A program made the position numbers and the translations under genes. Shown piece by piece: positions 1 through 9,186 of a DNA stretch of 37,314 bases. How positions within the stretch are numbered: position 1 is the first letter of the stretch; every line of letters starts with the position of its first letter. This stretch comes from a virus (taxonomy: Duplodnaviria > Caudoviricetes): IMG/VR virus record IMGVR_UViG_3300049827_000308, positions 1 to 37,314 of that record; one strand, 5' to 3'. The notes beneath the pieces were generated by a model. The model was not told the origin of the DNA, made no database searches, and saw only the letters and a list, made by a program, of their open reading frames with translations.

Positions 1-2140
1 CGTCGCCAACAGTGGCGGACCCATAATTCCTGAAAACCAAAGGGGATGTCGAAATTTCGTTTCCTTGAAAGATCTCGCGCCACTTTCCTGTCGAGGCGTC
101 ATAAATAAAACCGATACTCTTGATCGTCGTGTTAAGCCGAAGGTCCTTCCAATTGACCGCAAACGCACTGTTCCAGGCTACGGTGTAAGCGCCGGAATTG
201 CGCCGAAACGTGAAAATCAAAACGGCTCCGTCCACTGGGTTGGTGGGCGCGTTGATCGTCGCGTTGTTCGAAAGCAATAGTCTGTGATGTGGCCCCAATG
301 CGTAGTTTGGCGTGTAGCTTGGAGCTCCGGCCGTCACCTCTGTCTCGGCCGACGCAAGGGGAACATCTCGCAGACGCAGCACCCCCATCAGTCCAGAATG
401 GTCAGCGCCTGCCTGAAAACCCAAAAACGAGTTAGCCGGCAAAATAGTCGATTTGCATGAATTTCCCGTCAAATACCCTGCCGTGGCGCTGGCCGGAGAC
501 TTAACGTAGGCCACATTGGGGTCGATCCCATAGAAAAAGACATTGTCGCGGATGATTGGCGTGAGGGCGTACTCGGCATCGATATAATAATCGGGGGCCA
601 CGGTCGCCAAGTTAAAAAGGCAATTTTTGACAATCGTATTCACCGGTGACTTGCTCGAAGTGCCCAGGATGATTGCCGGATTGCCACTGCTTTGCTCGAA
701 GTACCCATTTTGCACGACCAGATTTCGGACGTTTTGAGCACGGATTGAGTAATTGGTTGCCTGATTGATGGTCAAATTTGTCAGAAAAAACGTGTTCGTC
801 ATTCCGACGGAGGTATTCGATCCGATGTCAATCCCTTCAGTACACGCCCGAACATAGACCCCGTCAAACAAAGTGGCGTGCGCCGATCCCTCGATGTCAA
901 CGGCCTTGGCGCAATTATCCACGATGAGATTCCTTACCTCGTCGATATAGGCACCGCCAACCGTAGCATCTCCAAGAACGAACCCGGTACCCGTGCAACG
1001 TCTTATTCGCACGCCATCGATCAGAGGAGCTACACCTTCTCCGTAATATTTCAGACCGGTTGCCGCAAGATCGTCTCCGTCTATCACCAAGTTTCTGAAT
1101 GCCACGCTCCGAACAACCAATGACGACGACCCTGCCTCGACGACGATCCCGCCCGCTGTACCGGTGTATTTGATGACAGAGCCATAAAGATCCAAATCCG
1201 AAAGACCATGCTGCACGGTGGCTCCTCGTATGGTAAGAGGAGCGGTAGTCGAAGTTATTTGCAGGCCCGTGGTTTCATACGTATCCGCCAGCAACTGTAT
1301 TGGGACGCCAGAGCCCACAACGGCCGCTATGGCTTTTGACAAATCCTTGTCAAACCACTCGCAATACACGCACTCGCAAGAGCCTGGACCCAGAAGCACA
1401 GATCCAGAGCCGGAAAAAATTTGATAGGGTCCCGCTTCAATTGGGCCGTTCGGTGTCAAGATTTTCCCGCTGTCCACCGTTATCAGTCCACCCTGCGGAA
1501 TTACCAATTTCAACGTTTCCGGAATCGTACAATCGGCAGAAACGGTAATCCCCTTGTTGATGTACAGCGTGTGGAGAGCGGACCCAATCGTCGCGACCGC
1601 AGTCTCCAGGCTGTCTCCGTAATTGCCGATATGATCCAGGACCGGTATGGACAGCTCGGAGGTCGGGTAGTTTCGCAACTGTGTGGCAGAAGAGTCCCAT
1701 CCTAGTAGGTAGCCGGCGATGGGATTGACTTCCAGTCCGGTCAAAATTGACCCCCTCGGTACGGTAAAGCTCCGGAGAGTGCTCTCCCTTATTTGCTGGA
1801 TCTGCATTTCCAATTTGTCGAGCGCGTCGTTCAAGCTGGTAGCCGTTACAGCCTGGCCAGCCGTATAGTTCTGCTCCTGCAAATAATCCATTGCGCGCAT
1901 AAGCGCTAGCTTGTTACCGGATTCGAGAGCACTGACGAGAGTTACCGTTCCGCCACTCGTGGAGCCAACGCCGGTTACCGTATAGTCCGTGTTGTTAACC
2001 AACACCGTTTCAACGCCGTTAGCGTCCGTAACGATAACAAGCAGGTCGTCGTCGTCATAGATTCTGAAGACATAATCGAATGGACCGGTCGTTCCGGAGC
2101 CCGAGTAGTCGTTTCGCGTGGTCTCAACCGATACGGTCAT
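1..2140 (-). CDS. Tail fibre/tailspike with T7-type N-terminal anchor and beta-helix (pectin-lyase-like) body; runs off the left edge
   Basis: Missing from the ORF track because it has no stop in the window. Manual translation from ATG 2140 (SD GAGG upstream): MTVSVETTRNDYSGSGTTGPFDYVFRIYDDDDLLVIV...DYTVTGVG...SLNDALDKLEMQIQQI, then FRNLVIDGDDLAATGL..IDGVRIRRC..VRNLIVDNC beta-helix-like rungs, then NATINAPTNPVDG..VAWNSAF. Confidence 0.85.
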   Translation of the reverse strand, partial: MTVSVETTRNDYSGSGTTGPFDYVFRIYDDDDLLVIVTDANGVETVLVNNTDYTVTGVGSTSGGTVTLVSALESGNKLALMRAMDYLQEQNYTAGQAVTATSLNDALDKLEMQIQQIRESTLRSFTVPRGSILTGLEVNPIAGYLLGWDSSATQLRNYPTSELSIPVLDHIGNYGDSLETAVATIGSALHTLYINKGITVSADCTIPETLKLVIPQGGLITVDSGKILTPNGPIEAGPYQIFSGSGSVLLGPGSCECVYCEWFDKDLSKAIAAVVGSGVPIQLLADTYETTGLQITSTTAPLTIRGATVQHGLSDLDLYGSVIKYTGTAGGIVVEAGSSSLVVRSVAFRNLVIDGDDLAATGLKYYGEGVAPLIDGVRIRRCTGTGFVLGDATVGGAYIDEVRNLIVDNCAKAVDIEGSAHATLFDGVYVRACTEGIDIGSNTSVGMTNTFFLTNLTINQATNYSIRAQNVRNLVVQNGYFEQSSGNPAIILGTSSKSPVNTIVKNCLFNLATVAPDYYIDAEYALTPIIRDNVFFYGIDPNVAYVKSPASATAGYLTGNSCKSTILPANSFLGFQAGADHSGLMGVLRLRDVPLASAETEVTAGAPSYTPNYALGPHHRLLLSNNATINAPTNPVDGAVLIFTFRRNSGAYTVAWNSAFAVNWKDLRLNTTIKSIGFIYDASTGKWREIFQGNEISTSPLVFRNYGSATVGD

Positions 2141-2175
2141 TGATGCATCCTCTCTGTCATCACGACAGTGATTGG

Positions 2176-5100
2176 TTATTCACGGTCCTTTTGGGGTACT
2201 TTGATTATCATTCTCAGCGGGTTGACGGTCCTCTCCTCGACGAACAAATCCTCGAATCCCTCCGCGAACGTTTTTAGCAAGCGCGGGACATATCCGACAC
2301 CAAGCTCGAAAGTTACGGCATCTGCCGTCGCTGCCGCAAATTTTATCCACTCGTCTTCAGCGCTCAGGTCGTTGTCCCAGATCGAGCGTACCGCTTTCAA
2401 TCCAGACCCGGCAAAACTGTAAACTCTAGTGAGTCCCTCCATGGCTGGAGACGGAGACCCGCGTCCAAATTCGACCATGGAAGGAATTGTGTTGACGATG
2501 GGAAAACCACCAATAGCTTGATCCAGGAAGTTGAAAAAAATATCCGAGACCGGAGCGCGCTCGTCGTCGTCATCCCATGGCATTGCTCCAAGGAACGTCG
2601 CATAGAAGGCCCACCTAGCTATCGATGGCGCCACCAGCTCATAGAGAACGTGCCCGAAATACGAGGACGTATCCATCTGTCCGTTTCGCCAGGCACCCCA
2701 GAAATAGCGCATCCGGTTTTGCACGCGAAGCCCTGGTGAGATGAACATGGAAAAGAGGCGCGTCCAGTTTTGCGACCGCTGCAAGGCCACCATGTCGATG
2801 AGATCCGCGCCAGGCTGAGCGACACGAACCGCATTATCCGCGTACTGGATGCACTCTTCGGGCGGCATTCTCAGGTCCGAGGCCTTCGCATATGCGGCTT
2901 TCCACACGGGGATCGTCACGGCTGCATCCGCTACCTCGATGAACTTGAAGGCGAACTTTTCCACGTCGTTCCAGGAGTATTCGTCTCCGTGAATCGTGAG
3001 CGTGCGTTTACCTGGTGACGTGCGCGTGAGCACCTCACGCATCTCTCGGTCAATCGCGAGCTTGCGGTTCGCCATGTAGGGAGACAGTGCACGCACCTCG
3101 GAGGCTGATTCGCGCCAGTTCCCCCATGACGAAAAAATCCCGCGTCCGACATAGACTGGACCAAGGTCCCGCATGGCAGCGAAGAAATCCAGAAATTGCT
3201 TGCTCGCGGATTTCACGTTGAGCCCAAGGACTGCGATGCTTGCGAGCATCCGTTGGCGCGTGAGGAAATCATCATAGACGTCGGTGATGGCGCGCTCCGG
3301 ACGAACGACGCTCTTGAGCCATGGCCGGATCTCAGAATACGCCTCCCTCCCGTGAATCCGCACGAATTCCTCTTTCCATTCCGGGACGCGGGTGATTCGG
3401 TCCATGTCGCGTATCACGGCCGCGTGGGTGTAGTAATGGACCGTATCGTAAAGATGTTGAGCAATGACCCCGAGGGCGAGCTTCGGTGGCATCAAGCCTC
3501 CCGTTCGCGCATTGGTGAACCCTGAGCGCGCGGCCGGAGAATGAGTGACCGCCATTTCGGAATTCTTGAGCAGGTCTTCCGCCAGGAACGCTTCGGCACG
3601 ATCGGAAAGCTTGTGGTCGAAAATCAGAGGGTAATATCCACCACGGATATCGAGGGTTTTCCCATCCTCTGTCTTCACAGTGAAAGGAGTCGCCTGCACT
3701 TTCTTGGTGTGGATGTTGTTGATTTTGAAATATGCCTCGTCCATGGGAGCGTATTGGGTGTCGATCAGGTCCCAGATCCCTTGGATTGCCTTCCAGTCTT
3801 CCTCGGTCAGCACGGAAACCAGCGTGTCAAGCTGCTCCCTGGAAAGCCCATAGCCCTGAAGCGTGGCGGCCAGGTTACCCTCATTCCCCATGTTGAGGGC
3901 CGCCGCGATCACGCGCTCGCTGGTCCACGATGTGGCGCCTACTTTCTCCATGGCCGGAGTCACGGGAACGCCTGGTGCGTCGAAATAGGTCCCGTGCTTC
4001 TTCTCGATCCGCTTCTGCGCCGCCCGGATCAGCTTGAATGCCTTCTCGTATTCCGGCCACAGCTCCTCATAGTAGATCTTTTTCTCACGCGACCCGGCAT
4101 CGGACAGCCACCGAAACATCTGTTCGTTCAGGCCCGGATCGGTCCCATCCTGATTCTGGTAGTTGTCCATCGCCATCAGGTAGAACTGAATCTGGCTGAT
4201 CTTGGCGATCCCACCGCGAATCTTTCTCCGGATGTCGAAGAAGCGAGTACGCTCCGACTGGATCGGCTTCGATTTCACCCCTTGGGCCAACCGTTGCGCC
4301 TTGTCGGCATAGGTGGCAATCGAGATGCTTTCCATGGTCAGCATTTGCTGGAGCTGGTCGCTGCCATGCCCGACAACCCAGTCAATCGCCGCGCGCAGCT
4401 CTCGCGCCTCATCGAGTGTCAGACCCCTATAACTTCCGGCCTTCTCCCCCCTGAGGAGCCACGGTGAGAACATGGGGACTCCGTTTGGATCGTCGTTGGC
4501 AACCTCGGCGACAAACGCCTCGAAGCTCTTGAGGCGATCCGGGTCTTTAGGGGACCGCTCGGTCAGCTCGTACCGATTTGCCAGCGCCAAAAACTGCTCG
4601 CGATGCTCATTTTCGATTGAGTCCATGTTTCTAAGAAACCGAGAAACCTTGCGCTCGAATTTGGCCATTTCTTCGCGAGATCGCACGGATTCGAGAACCA
4701 TGGCATGGTAGTAAGCTTGGAGCTGCTTTTGACGGAGGGACTCCTCGATGTCGCCCTTGCGAAAGGCGGTTTCGGATGCTCTTGCCGCGCGGGATTCCGC
4801 CGCCGAGCTTCTGTCATAACGGAGTGCTTCGCGCACCGGCTTCTCCCCGAGGTCGGCACGCACCTTGTCACGCAACGCCTGAGCCGTGATGCGTGTGACT
4901 GAAATCTTGCGCTTCTCCTGTTGCGCGCGTTTCCTGCGCAAGATCTCCGCCTCGGCAAGGAGCACGTCGAGGGCAGCCTCATTGTGGAATTCGGCATCCC
5001 CTGGGAAGGTGACCCCATACTGCTCCGAGAGGGCCTCGCTCTCCATCTCGCGCCGAATCACATCTTCTTCTTTCGAAAGCAGCTCCTTAGCCCGGCGGAC

Positions 5101-8100
5101 GATGGCGACCTTCGAGGATTCAGCGTCGGCCATGGCCTTGAACATCTCTTCCGTGGAATTGAAGCCGTGCTTCGCCGCCAGAAGACTTGGGTCGAGCTGG
5201 CCAACGGAGGAGGCCACGCCACCCGCGTGCCGGGTGTTTATCCTGCGAATGAACGGGTCTTCGTGATCTTCGACCCGGAGGCCTCCGTTTTGACGCGCGT
5301 CCTCGATGGCTGCGTAAACGGGTTGCGCCATGACTTCGCTTTCGGCGCGCTTCATACGGTTGCGCCTGCCATCCGGACCAGCCATGGCCCGCATGTAAGC
5401 CTTGAGCAGGGTGCTCGTGCGCTTCTCGACGGCGTCCTGATTCAGCTTGCGTTTGAGCTTTTCGATCCGGGTCTTTTCGGCGTCGGTTGCGACCTCGTCA
5501 ATCAAGGCATCCATCGAGGAGCGAACGTTGTGGTAGGTCTCCGCCGCCTTGATATCCTCCTCGGCCTGAAGCATCCGGTCAAACACACCACGGATCTCGT
5601 CGTTGATTTCGACGCCGAGCACGGACTTGAGAGAGCGGTAGATGGCCGTGAGCCACCCACGAAATCGGGCGAACGCGCTGCGGAGCTCCTCGGTGGGGGC
5701 CTTCCCTTCGAGTAGGTAAGTCTCGAAAGCGCGGGCGAGCTTTTCCTGCTGGGCGACCCTGTCCGGCTGATCGGACACAAACCGTTGCAGCGCTTCCAGG
5801 TCTTGACGCGCCTGCTCGGAGGCATTGCCCGTTGCGACAAGGTTTTCCAGGTCGCGGATGAAGACGTGGCCGATTTCGTGAAGGAAGGTGGAATAGTTTG
5901 CGGACTTGAAGAGATTGATCACGGGGCCAGTGTCGGTGAAAGTCACGGCGCCACGCAACGATTCCTGCAAAAAAATATCGGATTGGATTCCAAGCTCTTG
6001 CCGTATTATATTAATGACGGAGCCTTGGTTCGGTGCGGACGGTTTCTCTCCTTCGAGGGGAACCCCCGATTGTGGAGTAGCCGAATCGAGGCTTTTTATT
6101 TTCGACATCTCGTGGTCGTAAAACTTCTTGCCATTTTGGTCTTCGTGAACGACCAGACCCGCAACAAACTCCTTATCCCCAAGAACCAGTTTTGAAGCGA
6201 AGATATGACTGGTTAGACTCTTCCCTTTGTAGTTCCTTTCTGAATGAATCAGGATGCCGTTTTTTAGCAATTCCGGAAGCGCAGCGATAGCTTGCACCTT
6301 CTCGGGGCCTGCCCCATGAGCCAAGGCACTTTTTATGCCCCCCCTCGAAACTCGAACCACCCAATCGGTATCAACGTTTTGGAAGTCGCCAACTATTCCA
6401 TTTTTCGTGGCCCATTGCTTAGCGGCCCTCCTAACAGCCTTAAGGTCATAGTCTCCTGATAGGTCGGCTATCTCGTTGCCAGAAATGCGAACTGGTGAAC
6501 TTTGTTCAAATCGAGCCGCAAGGTTTGCACCCTGATACAGTATCCTCGGGTCGTTCGGGTCCCACGTACCACGATTAAAAACGGATTTGACCTGGGTGGG
6601 AGAGAAGGCCACGTAAGCCGTGCCATGCCCTTTATCGTCTTCGATAATTGCGCCATCGTATTCATAAAGTGCCTCCCTGACAAACGGTGCAATCTCGTCC
6701 ACGAAGGACGGCCCCATGATGTCCTGATTTACACGAAACCTGGCCTCAACATCTTCGCTATACCGTTCAAGGTCAGCGTGGTTTCCAAGGTAGACCTCAG
6801 GGGCCTCCCTATACTCTTCCCTCATGATTTCTTTGACGATTTCAAGGGCATCTCCGGTTACAACCATCCTCCTTGATACTTCCAGATCAAGATCCTGTCT
6901 CGATTTGACTCTTAGCGGATTTTTCAGAGATAGCATCGATGGAATGGTCCTGGCATCGCCTGTCTCCTTGATCGAGCGATGGTACTTGCTCACCTGCTCG
7001 CTTCTGACATTTGCCAGGTCAGGATTTTTAGAGAACCACGACCCAATCCTATCTGTCGCCGAATATCCCATGTCGGGATCGAATGATTCGAAGTCCTTAT
7101 CAGTCCCGTGGTAGACCACCAGCGGATTTCCGCTCTCGTCCACCACCTTTGAGTCACCGAACCACGTCCGAAACTCAGGCGTGCTAACGTCGCCAGGTAA
7201 AATCTCCCCGATCTCGACACGCTCAGAGGGGCTCTTCTGCAAAAGGGCTTCCAGTCCCGGCTCCCCACCCCTCACCACCTGGATCTTCCGCAGCCATTCC
7301 CCCGGAGTCGTCGGCGTTCCGGCTCTTGTCCATTCCTCTGCCGCAACCTTCGCCCTCGTGGCCAACACCGAGAGCTGTGCGTCCACTTCCTTGTCGCCCA
7401 TGCCCTCCAGGCGGACACCAGACGCCTTGATGCGCTCGATCTCGGCTTTCAGGTCGGCGTCTTCCGACATGACCCGTAGGCCCTCGGTCGCGCGTTGCTC
7501 CAGGACTGTCTTGAGGAATTCAGATTCCCGTTTCGCTTCGTTGACCGTGGAATCCGATGGGAACAAACGGAGGTCGTTGACCAGCTTGCGCCCGACATCG
7601 GTCCCGGCGATCTTCTGGGCGAAGACTTCAAGCGGAATCTCAACGTCACCATCCTGGTCGAGCGCCTTGCTGAACGCACCAGGCTCCACCTCGGCAGCTT
7701 GAAGAAACTCCTGGAGGCCTCCGGGATCGGATTGGAACAGTGTGTCCAGCGCCGTGGCTGGAATCCCAATCTGCCCAATATCGTCACCGGCAACAAGCGC
7801 ATCGGCTTTCACCTGCTCGACGAGCGAGCGGATCGCCGGGGAGTAGCGTCCACGGGTGACGCTCCCATCAAGCGAGTCGTTCAGCGCATCGAAAAAATCC
7901 GCGTTCCGTTTGGATGTTTCGACAGCATCGACAGCAGGCTTGATGCTCGCGACCGTTCCCGGGACCCCGAGGAACCCGAAGGTTGCGACGGACTGAATGA
8001 ATTCGTCGGACAATTCCTGCCCGACTTCCTGGAGCGTCTTGTGAACGAATTCCTGGTCACCGGTCTTTTCGGAAATGGTTTTGGCAATATCCTCGACCAC

Positions 8101-9186
8101 CAGGTTGACCAGTTTCTGCGTTGTCTCCTGGGCCGATTCCGTCAAAACCGTCTTCCCATACCGACTCACCAGCGCAAGGGCGGCTTTGCCGACGGATTCC
8201 CGAACCAAGGCTTTCGACGCGACACCCGGAAACAGCTTCGCCAGGCCGGTAAACTGAGCGGACTCGATCCCTGCGTTGACCACGCCCACAGCACCCGCTG
8301 CAACGCGGGCGACGTTGTCCGGAAGCGGATTGCCTTCCAAGTCCTTCAGGTCCAGGAAGTCCAGATACGCCAGTCCACCTTCCAAGTCGAAGCCGTAACC
8401 CAATCCCGAGGCGGCCTGACCGGCTATCATGCCGGGAATCAACCCCGTCCCGCCGACATACGGAGTCATCGCGGCCCCGAGAGCTCCTCCAGCCATGGCA
8501 CCCCATGCACGCACCTCGGCTTGTTTCAGGAGCTGCGGGAGCATTTGCACGGCTCCCAGGTAGCCGGATTCGAAAAACCCGTCTATCGGTCTGGAATTCA
8601 AGTCCTTGAACGCCTGCCTGAGCTGAGGAACTCGGTTATCGAAATCGGACGGTTTCCGGCCTACGAGCGCTTGAGATCCATACCGGCTCATCTCCTCCTG
8701 AACCCACCCGGACATCCAGGCGCGGTAAGAATCCGGAAATGTTTCACGGACCCAGTCCCGAACGGGAGTTTCTTCCTCATCCGGCCCTTCCAACCGGTCG
8801 GAATCCATCCATGCGGTGGCCTTGGGCCGCCGGGCATACCCAAGCTTCTCCTCGATGCGCTTCAAGCCCTCGATATCGTCCTTGGCCACGGCTGCCAGGT
8901 CAGGGTCGGACAAAATCGCTGACGTTGCTGGGTGTGTGCTTTGCAGGTCATCGTAAACGGCGACACCGGACATGTAATCCCAGGCATCGAAACGGTCTTC
9001 TATGGCTGGTGCGGGGACTCCCATCTTGTCCGCAAGGGTGAGCACCTTCCCGTACCTGTCCGGGTCTTTTTTCTCGACGGACAACAACGTGGAGCGGGTC
9101 GGATCCGGAACCTCGACAAATCGGGTCTTCTGGAGTCGCTGCTCTTCTTGCGGTTCGTATGCCTCTACCTCGACGAAACGCCCCAT
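2176..9186 (-). CDS. Giant internal virion/ejection polyvalent protein (LPD22-like N-terminus, ART-PolyVal-like, LPD3-like, HExxH zincin-like, long helical C-terminus)
   Basis: Start moved to ATG 9186 (MGRFVEVE), which overlaps the upstream TGA. Motifs: FRTWFGDSKVVDESGNPLVVYHGT, NVDTDWVVRVSRGGIK..GKKFYDHE, ANYSTFLHEIGH, LRGGYYP-like IRGGYYPL. Lies just before the tail fibre, like T7 gp16. Confidence 0.85.
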   Translation of the reverse strand: MGRFVEVEAYEPQEEQRLQKTRFVEVPDPTRSTLLSVEKKDPDRYGKVLTLADKMGVPAPAIEDRFDAWDYMSGVAVYDDLQSTHPATSAILSDPDLAAVAKDDIEGLKRIEEKLGYARRPKATAWMDSDRLEGPDEEETPVRDWVRETFPDSYRAWMSGWVQEEMSRYGSQALVGRKPSDFDNRVPQLRQAFKDLNSRPIDGFFESGYLGAVQMLPQLLKQAEVRAWGAMAGGALGAAMTPYVGGTGLIPGMIAGQAASGLGYGFDLEGGLAYLDFLDLKDLEGNPLPDNVARVAAGAVGVVNAGIESAQFTGLAKLFPGVASKALVRESVGKAALALVSRYGKTVLTESAQETTQKLVNLVVEDIAKTISEKTGDQEFVHKTLQEVGQELSDEFIQSVATFGFLGVPGTVASIKPAVDAVETSKRNADFFDALNDSLDGSVTRGRYSPAIRSLVEQVKADALVAGDDIGQIGIPATALDTLFQSDPGGLQEFLQAAEVEPGAFSKALDQDGDVEIPLEVFAQKIAGTDVGRKLVNDLRLFPSDSTVNEAKRESEFLKTVLEQRATEGLRVMSEDADLKAEIERIKASGVRLEGMGDKEVDAQLSVLATRAKVAAEEWTRAGTPTTPGEWLRKIQVVRGGEPGLEALLQKSPSERVEIGEILPGDVSTPEFRTWFGDSKVVDESGNPLVVYHGTDKDFESFDPDMGYSATDRIGSWFSKNPDLANVRSEQVSKYHRSIKETGDARTIPSMLSLKNPLRVKSRQDLDLEVSRRMVVTGDALEIVKEIMREEYREAPEVYLGNHADLERYSEDVEARFRVNQDIMGPSFVDEIAPFVREALYEYDGAIIEDDKGHGTAYVAFSPTQVKSVFNRGTWDPNDPRILYQGANLAARFEQSSPVRISGNEIADLSGDYDLKAVRRAAKQWATKNGIVGDFQNVDTDWVVRVSRGGIKSALAHGAGPEKVQAIAALPELLKNGILIHSERNYKGKSLTSHIFASKLVLGDKEFVAGLVVHEDQNGKKFYDHEMSKIKSLDSATPQSGVPLEGEKPSAPNQGSVINIIRQELGIQSDIFLQESLRGAVTFTDTGPVINLFKSANYSTFLHEIGHVFIRDLENLVATGNASEQARQDLEALQRFVSDQPDRVAQQEKLARAFETYLLEGKAPTEELRSAFARFRGWLTAIYRSLKSVLGVEINDEIRGVFDRMLQAEEDIKAAETYHNVRSSMDALIDEVATDAEKTRIEKLKRKLNQDAVEKRTSTLLKAYMRAMAGPDGRRNRMKRAESEVMAQPVYAAIEDARQNGGLRVEDHEDPFIRRINTRHAGGVASSVGQLDPSLLAAKHGFNSTEEMFKAMADAESSKVAIVRRAKELLSKEEDVIRREMESEALSEQYGVTFPGDAEFHNEAALDVLLAEAEILRRKRAQQEKRKISVTRITAQALRDKVRADLGEKPVREALRYDRSSAAESRAARASETAFRKGDIEESLRQKQLQAYYHAMVLESVRSREEMAKFERKVSRFLRNMDSIENEHREQFLALANRYELTERSPKDPDRLKSFEAFVAEVANDDPNGVPMFSPWLLRGEKAGSYRGLTLDEARELRAAIDWVVGHGSDQLQQMLTMESISIATYADKAQRLAQGVKSKPIQSERTRFFDIRRKIRGGIAKISQIQFYLMAMDNYQNQDGTDPGLNEQMFRWLSDAGSREKKIYYEELWPEYEKAFKLIRAAQKRIEKKHGTYFDAPGVPVTPAMEKVGATSWTSERVIAAALNMGNEGNLAATLQGYGLSREQLDTLVSVLTEEDWKAIQGIWDLIDTQYAPMDEAYFKINNIHTKKVQATPFTVKTEDGKTLDIRGGYYPLIFDHKLSDRAEAFLAEDLLKNSEMAVTHSPAARSGFTNARTGGLMPPKLALGVIAQHLYDTVHYYTHAAVIRDMDRITRVPEWKEEFVRIHGREAYSEIRPWLKSVVRPERAITDVYDDFLTRQRMLASIAVLGLNVKSASKQFLDFFAAMRDLGPVYVGRGIFSSWGNWRESASEVRALSPYMANRKLAIDREMREVLTRTSPGKRTLTIHGDEYSWNDVEKFAFKFIEVADAAVTIPVWKAAYAKASDLRMPPEECIQYADNAVRVAQPGADLIDMVALQRSQNWTRLFSMFISPGLRVQNRMRYFWGAWRNGQMDTSSYFGHVLYELVAPSIARWAFYATFLGAMPWDDDDERAPVSDIFFNFLDQAIGGFPIVNTIPSMVEFGRGSPSPAMEGLTRVYSFAGSGLKAVRSIWDNDLSAEDEWIKFAAATADAVTFELGVGYVPRLLKTFAEGFEDLFVEERTVNPLRMIIKVPQKDRE

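Noticed and set aside
65-1705. Short ORFs in the first 2 kb suggesting a gene-poor region
   Set aside because: The region is fully occupied by the minus-strand tailspike frame that the ORF track missed.
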